A DNA stretch of 64,000 nucleotides from the IMG/VR virus record IMGVR_UViG_3300021256_000097, one strand, 5' to 3'. The position numbers and the translations under genes were made by a program. Position 1 is the first letter of the stretch. Each line of letters opens with the position of its first letter. Below the pieces are notes generated by a model. It worked only from the letters and a program-made list of their open reading frames with translations, was not told the origin of the DNA and did no database searches. Below are positions 9,818-20,799 of the stretch, one piece after another. This DNA comes from a virus.

Positions 9818-10987
9818 ATGCAATGGTCAATTTCAATGAGGCCTCATACCTTTAGTGATATGTATGGCTGTAAGAACATTAAAAGTTATTTTTATGGATT
9901 AAGAGCTAGTGGGCAGCCATACCCTAAGGCAGTTTTGTTTGAGGGTATTTTTGGTGGTGGAAAGACAACGTCCGCAAAGATTCTCGCACAGATGATTATG
10001 TGTACTAATCCAAAAGAAAATGGTGATCCATGTTGTGAGTGTGCTTCTTGCCAATCAATTATTGATGAAACCTTTGATATGGACTGTAAGCAGATTGATG
10101 GTGGTCAGGTAGGAAAAGATGAAGTAATCGATATTATTTCTAATTTTGCATCAAAGCCTTCTTATCGTGGAAACCATCAGAAAGTTGTAATTCTTGAAGA
10201 AGTTCAGGAATTATCAACAAAAGCAAAGAATGCTATATTAAAGATGCTTGAGAAACCACGTGAGAATTTCCATTTTATTTTTACATCAATGGAAACTCTT
10301 CCAGCGGGTGGTCTTAAATCACGTTGTGTTACTTTCCCATTTAAGCCAGCAGGTATGGGTGATATAATGTATTATCTTAAAGACTTGCTTGAGAAAACTG
10401 GAAATTGGGAAAATAAAGATATTATTGGTACAGCTGGTCCTGTTGAATTCTGGGGACCAGTTATTCAAGCCGTGGCTACAAATGCCTCAGGTTCTTATAG
10501 ACAAGCTACGCAGCTTATTGAGCAGTGTATTCATTGTAATTCATTTACAGCCGAAGAAATTCGTGATAATACTGGCTTAGTAGACATGAATACTTGGTAT
10601 GAGATGCTTACTGCGGTAATGGATGGACAAGCAAATGATCTTGTTCTTAACAATCTGCTCGAAGGTGACTATCAGTCAAACTTTAGCCTTGCATATAAGG
10701 TTGTTGCTGATGCAGTTACTTATGATACCTTCGGTAAGATTGTTAAACAGAATTCCTATTTCTTAGCGCAAGCTAAACAGCTTGCTTCACATAAGAACTT
10801 TCCATTACTCAGAGATACATATATGCATATCTCTGAGAATGGAGGAAAGTTTATTGCAAAATCGGATTATATTATTGAAATGTGTAAGCTTATTAAAGCT
10901 TGTCAGGCATCAAATTCAAAGCCTAATTTAACAAAGTTTGCAGAAGCAACTCCGGTTCGTGCAACTCGAACACCGGTTGGAGTGTAG
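9818..10987 (+). CDS. Clamp-loader AAA+ ATPase (DnaX/gp44-like)
   Basis: GGGKTT Walker A, CCECASCQ zinc module, and SRC motif (LKSRC). The start was moved to the ATG after the GGAGAAG RBS. Confidence 0.75.
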   Translation: MQWSISMRPHTFSDMYGCKNIKSYFYGLRASGQPYPKAVLFEGIFGGGKTTSAKILAQMIMCTNPKENGDPCCECASCQSIIDETFDMDCKQIDGGQVGKDEVIDIISNFASKPSYRGNHQKVVILEEVQELSTKAKNAILKMLEKPRENFHFIFTSMETLPAGGLKSRCVTFPFKPAGMGDIMYYLKDLLEKTGNWENKDIIGTAGPVEFWGPVIQAVATNASGSYRQATQLIEQCIHCNSFTAEEIRDNTGLVDMNTWYEMLTAVMDGQANDLVLNNLLEGDYQSNFSLAYKVVADAVTYDTFGKIVKQNSYFLAQAKQLASHKNFPLLRDTYMHISENGGKFIAKSDYIIEMCKLIKACQASNSKPNLTKFAEATPVRATRTPVGV

Positions 10988-10988
10988 T

Positions 10989-11237
10989 ATGAATAAAGGA
11001 TTAAAAGATACCCTTGAGAGCCTCTTGAAGGCTTATGGTGGAACCAATTATAAAAATTATACATTGGAACAGATTAAAACTCAGGTAGGAGATGCATTGG
11101 ATAAAACTCCTATTAAGAGCCCAGCCGAAAAAGCAATTATTATTAAATTTAAGGCAAAGCTCTTAAAAATGAAATCCGCTGAAGCTATTCTTACCGAGAT
11201 TACAGAAAAAATGTTTGGACTAACTGCATCACTTTAA
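10989..11237 (+). CDS. Hypothetical protein
   Basis: GGAGTG RBS ahead of ATG 10989. Confidence 0.4.
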   Translation: MNKGLKDTLESLLKAYGGTNYKNYTLEQIKTQVGDALDKTPIKSPAEKAIIIKFKAKLLKMKSAEAILTEITEKMFGLTASL

Positions 11238-11254
11238 CTACTAATTTTAATATT

Positions 11255-12457
11255 ATGAGATTAAATGAAGCATTAGATTTATCAACTCTCGATAAAGCTG
11301 TAGAAGGCATAAAATCCGGCTCAATTGGTGAAAAAGTACCAACTGAGCTTAAATTATATATAGGTCCAGAAGGTGGAATTAAAGATATAGAGAATTATCT
11401 TAAAGGAGCCGAAGAAGCTCATGCGGATAAAACAAAAACTATTCAGATGGCTGTAAGAGTTGCAGCACATTCTGAAAATCCAGTTGAAGGATTCCACCTT
11501 TGGTCAACTCGTGAACTTTGCCAGAATTTAGCTAAATATGGACAATCAGATTGGCTTAAGAATAATGAAAAATATAAATCTTTAAGTGTAAAAGGCACAG
11601 TATTTACCCGTCATGATTTTGAGGAACTTAGAGCTTTTATACGTTCTGAGTCAATGAAACATGGTAAGAATACTAAAGGTACTGGCGCTAAAAAGAATAA
11701 TGATGTTGAGCTCTTGTATAAAGATGCAAATTGGATCCTTTTAAGACCAAAATCTTGGGAAGCAGAAAAGAAAATTGCTTTCTTTACAAATGATATGGGC
11801 GAAAAAGAAAAGTGCCACTGGTGTACTGCATCTGGTAATGATATTTCTTGGTATAACAGATATACTTATTCTAATACTAAACCATTATATGTAATGATTA
11901 ATAAGGAAGATCAAGCATGGCAGCTTGCTTATTATCCATCCGAAAAAAGAGTTGAGTTCTTAAATGAATTTGATCAAAAAGATGTCTTTACAAAAGGCGG
12001 TTGGATGGATGAGCTTCCAATGGAAATGCAGGAAAAAATTGTAAATGAGTTCAATGGTAGGTCTTTGGCAGACTATACTAGAGCAAAAAATGGCCAGATT
12101 GGAATGGAAGAAGAGCCATTTACAGTTAAGTTTTTACCTTATGTCGAAATATCTGGTAAGCCTGACCTTGGAGAAGATTTTGATGCATTTATGTTGGATA
12201 CACAATCCAAGCTTATAAAATCTAAACTTGCACTTTATATTCGTATAAGAACTCGACCAAATAACTTCTTTAGATTTAGCATTACTGAAGCAGGCCCAAA
12301 AGTAATGGATGATATGAGCATGCTTTTCCCACAAGAAAAGAAGTTTATAAAGACTGCATTGCTACAATATATGGCTGAAGCTATGGGCTTAGATGTAGAT
12401 TATACTAAGCGCTTTGATGCATTGCTAGAAGAAATTAAGAAATTAAAGATTAGATAA
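11255..12457 (+). CDS. Hypothetical protein (400 aa)
   Basis: Long ORF with a bidirectional terminator after it. Confidence 0.5.
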   Translation: MRLNEALDLSTLDKAVEGIKSGSIGEKVPTELKLYIGPEGGIKDIENYLKGAEEAHADKTKTIQMAVRVAAHSENPVEGFHLWSTRELCQNLAKYGQSDWLKNNEKYKSLSVKGTVFTRHDFEELRAFIRSESMKHGKNTKGTGAKKNNDVELLYKDANWILLRPKSWEAEKKIAFFTNDMGEKEKCHWCTASGNDISWYNRYTYSNTKPLYVMINKEDQAWQLAYYPSEKRVEFLNEFDQKDVFTKGGWMDELPMEMQEKIVNEFNGRSLADYTRAKNGQIGMEEEPFTVKFLPYVEISGKPDLGEDFDAFMLDTQSKLIKSKLALYIRIRTRPNNFFRFSITEAGPKVMDDMSMLFPQEKKFIKTALLQYMAEAMGLDVDYTKRFDALLEEIKKLKIR

Positions 12458-12464
12458 AAAAAGG

Positions 12465-12492
12465 GACTCATATGAGTCCCTTCATTATTTTA
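12465..12492. terminator. Bidirectional terminator
   Basis: gggactcatatgagtccc hairpin with flanking A-runs and T-runs. Confidence 0.6.
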
Positions 12493-12499
12493 AGCTAGA

Positions 12500-13651
12500 T
12501 TACCAATCTTCATCATCAATTTCAGCTTTATGAGCATCTTTATATTTAGAAGACATTTTCTTAAATGTTGTGTATCCATCACCACGTTTTTTAGCAGTAG
12601 CAACACGAGGAATTACAGCGCCTTCACCCTCAATAGCATAATCATCTTCTGAATCTTTTTGATTCATAGACTTTCTTAATGCAGCTAAGTCTGTAAAATA
12701 CTCAGCATCGTCATTTTCAAGTTTATCAAGCTTATCAATAGTATAGTTCTTCATGTCTTTGATTAAAGCTAAAGCAACCGTAGTTCTTTGTGGCTTCATT
12801 TTAAGATTACCTGATCCACGAGCTGTTGCGCGATGTGCCAATGGAGAAGATGTTCCAAGACGTTTTTTAGCTACTTTGTCAGCTGCAAATCTTACGATAT
12901 CCATCTTAGTAGCATCGTTACAAGTAATGTTATCAATAGAGTCAAACATATCTACAAGCATTAGTTCGATTTCGGTAACAAGGTCAACTTCGGCCCAGTC
13001 TTCTTCTGCGCCTGTAAACGGTTTCGCACCACTACGAATAGTAGCTGCAGTCTCAGCTTCTTGCTCAGATGTTGCATAAGGCGTTAAGTCCTGACCATAT
13101 CTGTCAGTGGCATTTCCTTTGTATTTATCAACAGGAATAGATGCAATTTCTTTTAAGATTGCTTGTTCCTGACGATATAATTCTCCAACATACCGAGAGA
13201 ATTCAGCATAAGTATATAATGTCTTTTCAAGATGGCCTGTTGCTCCAACTTTTACCATATCAATGAGGTATTTAGTATCACGAGGATCACCATCTTTATA
13301 GTCTGGATTAGGAACAACATATTTTTCTCTAATATCCGATTCAAATTCATCATCAGCCATATGCTTGTATTCACGACGAACATGGTAGAAATGACCGAAA
13401 TCAATTGCGCGATCAGCGGTTTTATTTACTTCAGATGTAAAATCTGTAAAAGACTGTTTTACGCTGTATCCCATAAATTTGAGAGTACCATCAGATTCCT
13501 CATGATAGTCAGCATATACCTGACCATATCCGCGGTATTTACCACGTACAGTTCTTACATCATTTTTGTCTAAATCAATTGCCTCTTTAAGCTCATTTTC
13601 AAAATTTTGAGCTAATTCACCTTCAGATAAACGAATAACTTTCTTTTCCAT
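12500..13651 (-). CDS. Hypothetical protein (383 aa)
   Basis: GGAGGA RBS on the minus strand. It appears translationally coupled to a small upstream ORF. Confidence 0.5.
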   Translation of the reverse strand: MEKKVIRLSEGELAQNFENELKEAIDLDKNDVRTVRGKYRGYGQVYADYHEESDGTLKFMGYSVKQSFTDFTSEVNKTADRAIDFGHFYHVRREYKHMADDEFESDIREKYVVPNPDYKDGDPRDTKYLIDMVKVGATGHLEKTLYTYAEFSRYVGELYRQEQAILKEIASIPVDKYKGNATDRYGQDLTPYATSEQEAETAATIRSGAKPFTGAEEDWAEVDLVTEIELMLVDMFDSIDNITCNDATKMDIVRFAADKVAKKRLGTSSPLAHRATARGSGNLKMKPQRTTVALALIKDMKNYTIDKLDKLENDDAEYFTDLAALRKSMNQKDSEDDYAIEGEGAVIPRVATAKKRGDGYTTFKKMSSKYKDAHKAEIDDEDW

Positions 13652-13800
13652 TATTCTTCCTCCGGTCCAAGGACTTGTTCTACTTTCGCATAGAAGTTGT
13701 CAGCAAGTACATCAAGAACATCATCTAGCGATTCTTGCATTGGTTCACGAGCTGCGCATGCTTGTGAATAAATGCTTTCAAATAATTCGGTTTCATTCAT
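13651..13800 (-). CDS. Small acidic protein (49 aa). Its stop overlaps the start of the 383-aa gene (TAATG).
   Basis: AGGAG RBS. Not in the ORF track because it is under 60 aa. Confidence 0.35.
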   Translation of the reverse strand: MNETELFESIYSQACAAREPMQESLDDVLDVLADNFYAKVEQVLGPEEE

Positions 13801-13889
13801 TTTGTGTTCTCCTATATAGAATTATTCATATGAATTAATATTAAAATTAGTAGCTACATAAGCTAATATAATCATTAGTTGGAGTTATT

Positions 13890-14687
13890 ATGATTAAATT
13901 TATTCCTTGTAGAAAATGCATTGGTAAGAATGGCCGTAATCCAGAAGGTTATATTATTAAACAGGTCCCTTCGGGAAATGGTCAGGGAACTACAACTGTT
14001 GCGGTAGAATGTGAATGCCATAAAGCTTGGCGTGAGGCCACTAAGCTTGAAGTTTATATGCAAAAAGCGGGTATAGCAGCAGATGCAGCAAAATATAATA
14101 TTAGCGATTATGTTGGCACAAAATCTTTAGCTAATGTTAATCGATTAAAAACTTTTACAGAAAGATCTTTGGATAAGAATGAAACCCCAGAAGTAAAATC
14201 TGCTTTAGCTGCAAGTAGCCTATACATTTATGGCCCTAATGGCACACAGAAAACGACCTTATCAATGTGGATGGGCTATGAGTTTTTAAGATCTGGGAAG
14301 AAAGTAAAATATATTCTCATGAATGAGCTTATAAAGCTTTTAATGAAAGCAGACCGTGATGAGGAAATTCAGGCACAATTAGAAAAAATATCAGATGTTG
14401 ATTTATTAATTATAGATGAATCTTTTATGAAAGAGCGTGTTACCCTTTATCGCTCTGGATATCAATTAAGCTTTTTGGATACTTTTTTAAGAAACAGAAT
14501 GCAAACAAATAAAAAGGGTGTTGTATTTATTTCAAATATCAGTATTGAAGAAATTGATAGAAATCTGTTTGGAGAGGGCTTAATTGATCTAGTAAAACGA
14601 AATGTTTATCTATGTAAAGGTGATTTGTTATTTGAAGACAATTATCTTGAAAATAAGTCAAGTATTGATACAAGTGCGTTATTTTAA
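13890..14687 (+). CDS. DnaC/IstB-like AAA+ helicase loader with an N-terminal zinc ribbon
   Basis: GPNGTQKTT Walker A and LLIIDE Walker B. N-terminal CRKC...CECH. Confidence 0.6.
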   Translation: MIKFIPCRKCIGKNGRNPEGYIIKQVPSGNGQGTTTVAVECECHKAWREATKLEVYMQKAGIAADAAKYNISDYVGTKSLANVNRLKTFTERSLDKNETPEVKSALAASSLYIYGPNGTQKTTLSMWMGYEFLRSGKKVKYILMNELIKLLMKADRDEEIQAQLEKISDVDLLIIDESFMKERVTLYRSGYQLSFLDTFLRNRMQTNKKGVVFISNISIEEIDRNLFGEGLIDLVKRNVYLCKGDLLFEDNYLENKSSIDTSALF

Positions 14688-14714
14688 TTAATAACAATGG
14701 AAAGGAGCTTTTAA

Positions 14715-16133
14715 ATGAGCGATTTACAGACTATAGATAATAGTCAAGCAGTAGTATTGTCTGAATATAGATTATTAAATGCAATCTATCTTAATCCAAG
14801 CATACTAGACGATACAGATTATTCAGAAGACTTATATATACACTCAACTTGTAAAGCACTTCATAAAGCTTTTACCAATTTGGTAAAAGAGAAGATTCCT
14901 ATTAATGACTTGTCATTATTTACAGAAGCTTCAAAATATGAAATGACAATATCTAAAGATGTTATTGATGAGGTTATTCATATTAATGATAAACCAGTCA
15001 CTACCATTAAAGATATGACTACAATTCTTAAAACTGCAAAGCGTACAATGGACGCAATGGATAGGCTTTCCCGAGCTCAAACTGCGCTTGCTACAAATAC
15101 GGTTTTAACTCCAGAAATAAAAGAGTCATTACGTAATGAGCTTTATGAAGCTGAAGATTTAATACTTTCAGATTCAGAAGATACATTCAAGAAGTCCCTA
15201 ACAACAAAAGAATGGACTGATATGTATCTTGAATCATATAAAAAACGTAAAGATGGTAAACAATATTGGTTTAATGAGCCGGTTCTTGATAAAATTGTAG
15301 TTGATGGTCCAATTCCAGAGACTGGAGGCATTATTGCTGCTCAGTCTGGTATGGGTAAGTCAACATTTGTTTTAAGCTTAGTAAATAAGCTTATTGATTC
15401 TGGCATTCCATGTATGTACTTTTCTTTGGAAATGGGCCAGGAATCAACAATGGACCGTTTATTAGCGTCAAGACTTCAGATTCCATATTCTGATATTGTT
15501 AATCCGCCAGATTCTGAAACTTTCTATACAATTTATCAGAGAATTTTGGAAGAGAAGAAAAAGTTAGAAATGAATAAAAACTTTAGATTCTCTGAAAATC
15601 CGGATATTTCAATTAATGACCTTAAAAAGGAAATTAAAAAGTTCCAGAATGAAATTGGGCAACAGTACTGTATTGTAATTCTTGACTTGATTACGATGGT
15701 AAAGGATTTCTGTATTGGGGGAAGTTCCGGGGCTTCATTAGCTACAACAATAGAAATGGCAATTAATAAAATGAATGCACTTTCTAAGGAGCTCAAGATT
15801 CACTACATTGGAACTGCTCAGCTTAACCGTGTCGGTGAATCGGCTACTGTAACAGATATTGAAGATATTGAAAAGCTTAGACCATCACGTCATCAGATTA
15901 AAAACTCTGGTGCTTTGCTTGAACGTTGTCGTTATGCTATTTCATTATTTAGACCAAAGTTTTATATCGACCAGAATTTCCCAGATGACCCGGTTGCGCA
16001 GACTGTGGATGATATAGTTGAAGTTCAGCTTTTGAAGCAGAGTAATGGTGAATGTAAAAGATATAAAGAATTATTCAATGGACAGTGTTTTACTGTAACA
16101 CCATTGAATATTGAAGAGGATGTAGAGGAATAA
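14715..16133 (+). CDS. dnaB: DnaB-family replicative helicase
   Basis: AAQSGMGKST Walker A and an SLEM motif. Length 472 aa. Confidence 0.8.
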   Translation: MSDLQTIDNSQAVVLSEYRLLNAIYLNPSILDDTDYSEDLYIHSTCKALHKAFTNLVKEKIPINDLSLFTEASKYEMTISKDVIDEVIHINDKPVTTIKDMTTILKTAKRTMDAMDRLSRAQTALATNTVLTPEIKESLRNELYEAEDLILSDSEDTFKKSLTTKEWTDMYLESYKKRKDGKQYWFNEPVLDKIVVDGPIPETGGIIAAQSGMGKSTFVLSLVNKLIDSGIPCMYFSLEMGQESTMDRLLASRLQIPYSDIVNPPDSETFYTIYQRILEEKKKLEMNKNFRFSENPDISINDLKKEIKKFQNEIGQQYCIVILDLITMVKDFCIGGSSGASLATTIEMAINKMNALSKELKIHYIGTAQLNRVGESATVTDIEDIEKLRPSRHQIKNSGALLERCRYAISLFRPKFYIDQNFPDDPVAQTVDDIVEVQLLKQSNGECKRYKELFNGQCFTVTPLNIEEDVEE

Positions 16134-16136
16134 TTT

Positions 16137-17153
16137 ATGGTAATACGCGCTGTAAAACCACAGAGCGCTCCTGTTATTAGGAAAACAAGAGCTACCAGAA
16201 AAGTTAAGCCTGCATATAAACACTTAAATCTTGCAGGCGTTGACTGCAATATTTTGGCGGATAATCCCGTTCCATCATATAAAAATAAATATGATATGAC
16301 ACCACATTTTATACAAAAAAATGATGATGAATTTATTTGTGCGGCTGTATTTAATGAAGCAGCAATGAAAATGTATACTTGTGGTGAAGTAGGATCTGAT
16401 AATTTTAAGAATGGGAAGTTAAGACGTATTGACCAAAATATGACTCCATACTTTTTTGTATATGAGTCTGATAGTCTTTCATTAGATGAGCAGCTTAAGC
16501 TTATTGATGATATTCTTGATGGTCCTGCTGCATCAGCTATAACCTCTGTTACTTTTTCTGGAAGTAAGTCTATTCATGTCTTAGTTAAGATTCCTGAGAG
16601 ATTCCGAGAAGACATAAAGAAAGACTTTAAGTATTATTGGGATTCAGTTGCTCAGTATATTTTCCAGGAAAATAAAGATAAATTAGATAAAGCCTGCGCT
16701 TCGGTATCTAGGTTAACAAGACAACCAAATGGTACACGAGACTCAGGAGTTAAGCAAACATGTTACTATTATAACAAAAATGCATGTTTGTTAGATTCAC
16801 AGTTTGAATGGTCTGTTCCAATGCACAATGAAGAGCTTAGACAGCTCGAATTGGAAATGGCTGAAAAAGAGAGAAAGCGTATGATGAAAGCAGACGCTTT
16901 GAAAGAGACTGATGAATTTGAAAAGCTTGAATGTATGCATCGTAAAGTAAAGATTGGCGCTTTTGATGTAGCATATAATGCAATCCATGGTGATTGTCCC
17001 GCTGGAGAAAATTATGTAGCTGCGTTAAGAAGCTTGCGTGCTAGGGGCTTTTCTAAGGATATTCAAAGGATAATGCTTGAAAATGTTTCAGCAGCACATC
17101 CTACGAATATCTCTAAAGCAAGAGTTAAATACTTATTGGAACATGACGATTAG
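16137..17153 (+). CDS. Primase, probably of the archaeo-eukaryotic (AEP/PrimPol) type
   Basis: SGSKSIHVLV (AEP motif II-like) and R.PNGTR (motif III-like). It sits directly after the helicase gene. Confidence 0.45.
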   Translation: MVIRAVKPQSAPVIRKTRATRKVKPAYKHLNLAGVDCNILADNPVPSYKNKYDMTPHFIQKNDDEFICAAVFNEAAMKMYTCGEVGSDNFKNGKLRRIDQNMTPYFFVYESDSLSLDEQLKLIDDILDGPAASAITSVTFSGSKSIHVLVKIPERFREDIKKDFKYYWDSVAQYIFQENKDKLDKACASVSRLTRQPNGTRDSGVKQTCYYYNKNACLLDSQFEWSVPMHNEELRQLELEMAEKERKRMMKADALKETDEFEKLECMHRKVKIGAFDVAYNAIHGDCPAGENYVAALRSLRARGFSKDIQRIMLENVSAAHPTNISKARVKYLLEHDD

Positions 17154-17180
17154 TTCCAAATAAAATAGGAGTCTGTAAAA

Positions 17181-17624
17181 ATGGCTAAAAAGAAGAATAC
17201 CACTGAATCAGCAACAGCTGATGTATTGAAGAAGGAATCTTCGGATACAAGTATGCCGATTGATAGTGGGGATTGGGTAAACAATCTCAAAAATGGAGAT
17301 TATCTTTATTCCGCAGGATATGAGCGTAATAAGGACGGCGATGAGCGTGTAAAAATATTGACGCTTAAATTTGTAGAGTATGATTCAAAGGCAGTAGTCG
17401 ATGAAAATACTCGTATGGCAACTTTGATTCCAATTGTTGATGGAAAGGAAGCTGAATCTGTTAAGCTTCCAAGTCAGAATATCCGTTCAGGATATTTCCC
17501 ATCAAAGATTGAAGCAATTAGGGCATTCCAGAATGCGCTTGAGCACATGGTGTCAGTAGTTAAAGAAACAGCTGATAGATTGGAAGTTGAGACAAAGTCC
17601 AACAAAGTTAAAGTAAATGTATAA
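17181..17624 (+). CDS. Hypothetical protein
   Basis: RBS plus ORF. Confidence 0.45.
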   Translation: MAKKKNTTESATADVLKKESSDTSMPIDSGDWVNNLKNGDYLYSAGYERNKDGDERVKILTLKFVEYDSKAVVDENTRMATLIPIVDGKEAESVKLPSQNIRSGYFPSKIEAIRAFQNALEHMVSVVKETADRLEVETKSNKVKVNV

Positions 17625-17635
17625 GGGAGATTAAA

Positions 17636-17923
17636 ATGCAGACATTTGAGAACGAAGAACTTTTAGGCCTTTTTGAGGCAATTGATGATAATAACGAAAA
17701 GATTGATACTCATAAAGAGACAATCAAAATGATTAATGCCGATACAGCAGAGCAGCTTAAGACTTTTGCATCTGAAAAAGAAATTAAGGTTCAGGACCTT
17801 AAAGATGCTTACAAGTATTATCAGAAACGCCATAATGATGGAGAAGCTGCAAATGAGGATTATTTCACACTTTGTGCAATGATCGATACTGCAACTGATA
17901 CCGATGAAGATGAAGCAGAGTAG
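17636..17923 (+). CDS. Small, highly acidic protein
   Basis: 95 aa, rich in D/E. Confidence 0.45.
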   Translation: MQTFENEELLGLFEAIDDNNEKIDTHKETIKMINADTAEQLKTFASEKEIKVQDLKDAYKYYQKRHNDGEAANEDYFTLCAMIDTATDTDEDEAE

Positions 17924-18542
17924 TAAAGATATGAGACTTACTTCTAAAAATGGAAAAAAATGGATAAGTGACTCTATTGACAAGCTACATGCATATTTAG
18001 ATAGAGCACCTATTTTGGTATCTGATATTATCAGTACTGAAAATTGTGTAGATGGCGTATACATTATCCATGAGGAAACAAAGCAGAAATTCTTTTTTCC
18101 TTTTGATTATGATAGCGAACCTAAGATTTGGGTACATAATATAAAAGAAAGGCTTATGCCATTGTATCCGCGTATTATTGAAAATATTTGTGAAGAACGC
18201 GCTTCAACACCAGCTGAAATGGCTGAGTTTGTACTTCAAGGTGGAGACCCATCTAAAGTACCAGTTCTTACAAAGGATACAAAGTCGCAGAAACTTTGGC
18301 GTATTGATAAGGTACAACTTTATAAAGATATTTTTATTTTGCAGCTTGAGGGTACTCGTGAGTTAGGTGAGGAAGTCTGGAAGACTGATGTTACTCCAGC
18401 ACAGCATCGCTTTAAGTTCCAGGGTGGATGTTCAGTACTTTATCTTACAAAGTACAGAAATAAAGAGTTTGCAAATCAGATTGAAGCGGGAAAATATTTC
18501 TTTGATAATTCAATTTTTATTGATGAACTTCAGCAGAAATAG
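17904..18542 (+). CDS. Hypothetical protein (start uncertain)
   Basis: ORF. The RBS is weak. Confidence 0.4.
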   Translation: MKMKQSSKDMRLTSKNGKKWISDSIDKLHAYLDRAPILVSDIISTENCVDGVYIIHEETKQKFFFPFDYDSEPKIWVHNIKERLMPLYPRIIENICEERASTPAEMAEFVLQGGDPSKVPVLTKDTKSQKLWRIDKVQLYKDIFILQLEGTRELGEEVWKTDVTPAQHRFKFQGGCSVLYLTKYRNKEFANQIEAGKYFFDNSIFIDELQQK

Positions 18543-18561
18543 AAAACAACATTTCTTATCT

Positions 18562-18590
18562 AAGGCAGTAGTTAACCCTACTGCCTTTTT
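18562..18590 (+). terminator. Intrinsic terminator
   Basis: aaggcagtag...ctactgcctt hairpin plus a T-run. Confidence 0.6.
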
Positions 18591-18638
18591 ACTTTTAAAG
18601 CACTTGTCTACATATTATAATATGAATATGGAGAAGAT

Positions 18639-19298
18639 ATGCATTTAACAGTAGAAGATAAAGATTGGAACCGTATGTATGACTTAATCGTAGACGGTAA
18701 AGATGGCGCTGGCGTAGCACGCTCAATTAAATCTAAAGAAAAAGCTGTTGCAAGATATGTTGCTGCAATGCGACTTTTAAGTCGAAATCCCGCAGATTAT
18801 TATGAGGATGATACCTACAATAAATATTTTAAGGGTGATTTCGCGGATTTTGCTAATAAAGCGCTTGACTTAGGTGCAACATATGATGACATCTATTCGG
18901 TATGGGATAATTGTCCAGCACCAATTGATTTGATTGAAAAGATTAAAGGGTATTTCGGAGCTGTGGATGTTCGAGCAAATATTCCCGATAATTTCTTTAA
19001 GGAATTGCGCCATAGAAATATTCCAATTATGACAAAACTTACACCTGGTAAATCCATTATGGATACACTGGGCATAAAAGAGGTTCCAATGGATATTGTT
19101 TTTTATCCAGGCGAGTTTGCTGAGTGCTCAGTAAGTATTAAAGTTACAGTCCATAAAAATGGAGAAGCGAATGAATATGCTTTGGTGAAGACAGATGGAC
19201 TTAAAGTTAATGACTTTAGCCATTGTGGTTATAATTTTTTCCGTGAACAGATTTTTAATGCTCTTGATAACAGAGAAGAGCCTGAATCTTACTTTTAA
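18639..19298 (+). CDS. Hypothetical protein
   Basis: Promoter core at 18610-18619 and an RBS. Confidence 0.5.
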   Translation: MHLTVEDKDWNRMYDLIVDGKDGAGVARSIKSKEKAVARYVAAMRLLSRNPADYYEDDTYNKYFKGDFADFANKALDLGATYDDIYSVWDNCPAPIDLIEKIKGYFGAVDVRANIPDNFFKELRHRNIPIMTKLTPGKSIMDTLGIKEVPMDIVFYPGEFAECSVSIKVTVHKNGEANEYALVKTDGLKVNDFSHCGYNFFREQIFNALDNREEPESYF

Positions 19299-19341
19299 TT
19301 TTACTTTATAATTTACATATTATAAATAATAGGAGATATAT

Positions 19342-20799
19342 GTGCGTAGTTCTAGCGTAGATGTGGATGAAGTAAAGCCTTTTGAAAATGTTTTTGGAAA
19401 TAATAAAAAGGCTAATAAAAATAGACTTAGAGATACAATAATCTCAGCTGTGGAACTTTCACGTAGAACGAAAGTTCCAATGTTATTTTTTAGCAATCCA
19501 GGTTTTGGTAAGACAACAACAATTTATAATATTGCACAGAGACTTGGAATGCATGTTGAAGTTGTTTGTGGTTCTCAGTACTCTCAGGATGAAATTTTGG
19601 GATTCCAGACAAATGAGCCAGGTCAGACCTCATTGGTAATTAAAGAGCCAGAATGGTTTGCTCGTATTAATGAATTTGAATCACGAAAAATTCCATCTAT
19701 TCTTTTTATGGATGAACTTTCAACTGTATCAGGTCCTACTCAAGGTGCTTGTTTGCAGGTTATTTTTGAGAGACGCATTCGTGGTGGTAAGGCTTTGCCA
19801 GACGATTGTTTGATTATTGCTGCGGCCAACTATAAAGGAAACTTGTCTGGTTGGTCTGAAATTATTGCTCCAACTTTGAATCGTTTCTGTATTATTAACC
19901 TTCTTCCAGAAGATCCTGTTGAAGCTATTATGGAGTTTACGCAGGATGTCCATGAAAATCAGGATAATTGGCCAGAGTTTGACAATAATAATATAACAGA
20001 CGCAGTAAAAAATACCCTTGTTTCAGAATGTGGCTTGATTTTCCAGAACTTATTTAGAACTTATCAGGCTGGGTCAAATCGTGGCTTCTTGAATATCCGT
20101 AATACAATGTATGATGGCATCTATGACCGCGACGATGGAAATCCAGAAGTATTGAACTTTATTTCTGGTCGTACAATGTCATATTTAACACGCTGCCTTA
20201 TTGGTATGACAGAAATGGGATTGGATAGCCATTCAGATGTTTTCAAAAAAGTAATTGGTGGGCTTATTGGTTTAGGCACAAATACTTGGTCAGAAGATGG
20301 TAATATACAGACCCAGACAGCTCGTCTTGAGAAGTATCTTACAGATGTTACAGCTAAGTTCTCCAAGATTTTGGATAAGGCAGTTTCAAAAGTTAATTCT
20401 AGTAAGTCATCAGACGGAGATAAAGCAGCTATAAATCGTCTTAACGAACTTGTAGGTGAGGACAACTTTACAAATCATGTAACTGCATTTATTGCAAATC
20501 AGGACCCAAATAAATATGCATCAACTGATTTTACAACTCTGTTTAAGGAAGCTTGTGAATTATTCCCTTCAGTTGAAGGTATGAAAGATTCATTAAACGC
20601 TAGCTTCCAGAGCCAGGAAGAGATGCTGTTGTTCAAGTCTAATATGGAATGGCTTGCAAAGCTTTATGATGAAGTTGATTATGCAAACTCTGTAACGGGT
20701 TACTTAAAGCCATATATGCTTGAAATTGATAAGATGTATAGAACATATGAGTTCTATTATAACACAGCTTGTGTTTTACTTAATGAGGAAGAAGACTAA
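19342..20799 (+). CDS. MoxR/AAA_5-type AAA+ ATPase
   Basis: NPGFGKTT Walker A and ILFMDEL Walker B. GTG start after AGGAG. Confidence 0.7.
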   Translation: MRSSSVDVDEVKPFENVFGNNKKANKNRLRDTIISAVELSRRTKVPMLFFSNPGFGKTTTIYNIAQRLGMHVEVVCGSQYSQDEILGFQTNEPGQTSLVIKEPEWFARINEFESRKIPSILFMDELSTVSGPTQGACLQVIFERRIRGGKALPDDCLIIAAANYKGNLSGWSEIIAPTLNRFCIINLLPEDPVEAIMEFTQDVHENQDNWPEFDNNNITDAVKNTLVSECGLIFQNLFRTYQAGSNRGFLNIRNTMYDGIYDRDDGNPEVLNFISGRTMSYLTRCLIGMTEMGLDSHSDVFKKVIGGLIGLGTNTWSEDGNIQTQTARLEKYLTDVTAKFSKILDKAVSKVNSSKSSDGDKAAINRLNELVGEDNFTNHVTAFIANQDPNKYASTDFTTLFKEACELFPSVEGMKDSLNASFQSQEEMLLFKSNMEWLAKLYDEVDYANSVTGYLKPYMLEIDKMYRTYEFYYNTACVLLNEEED

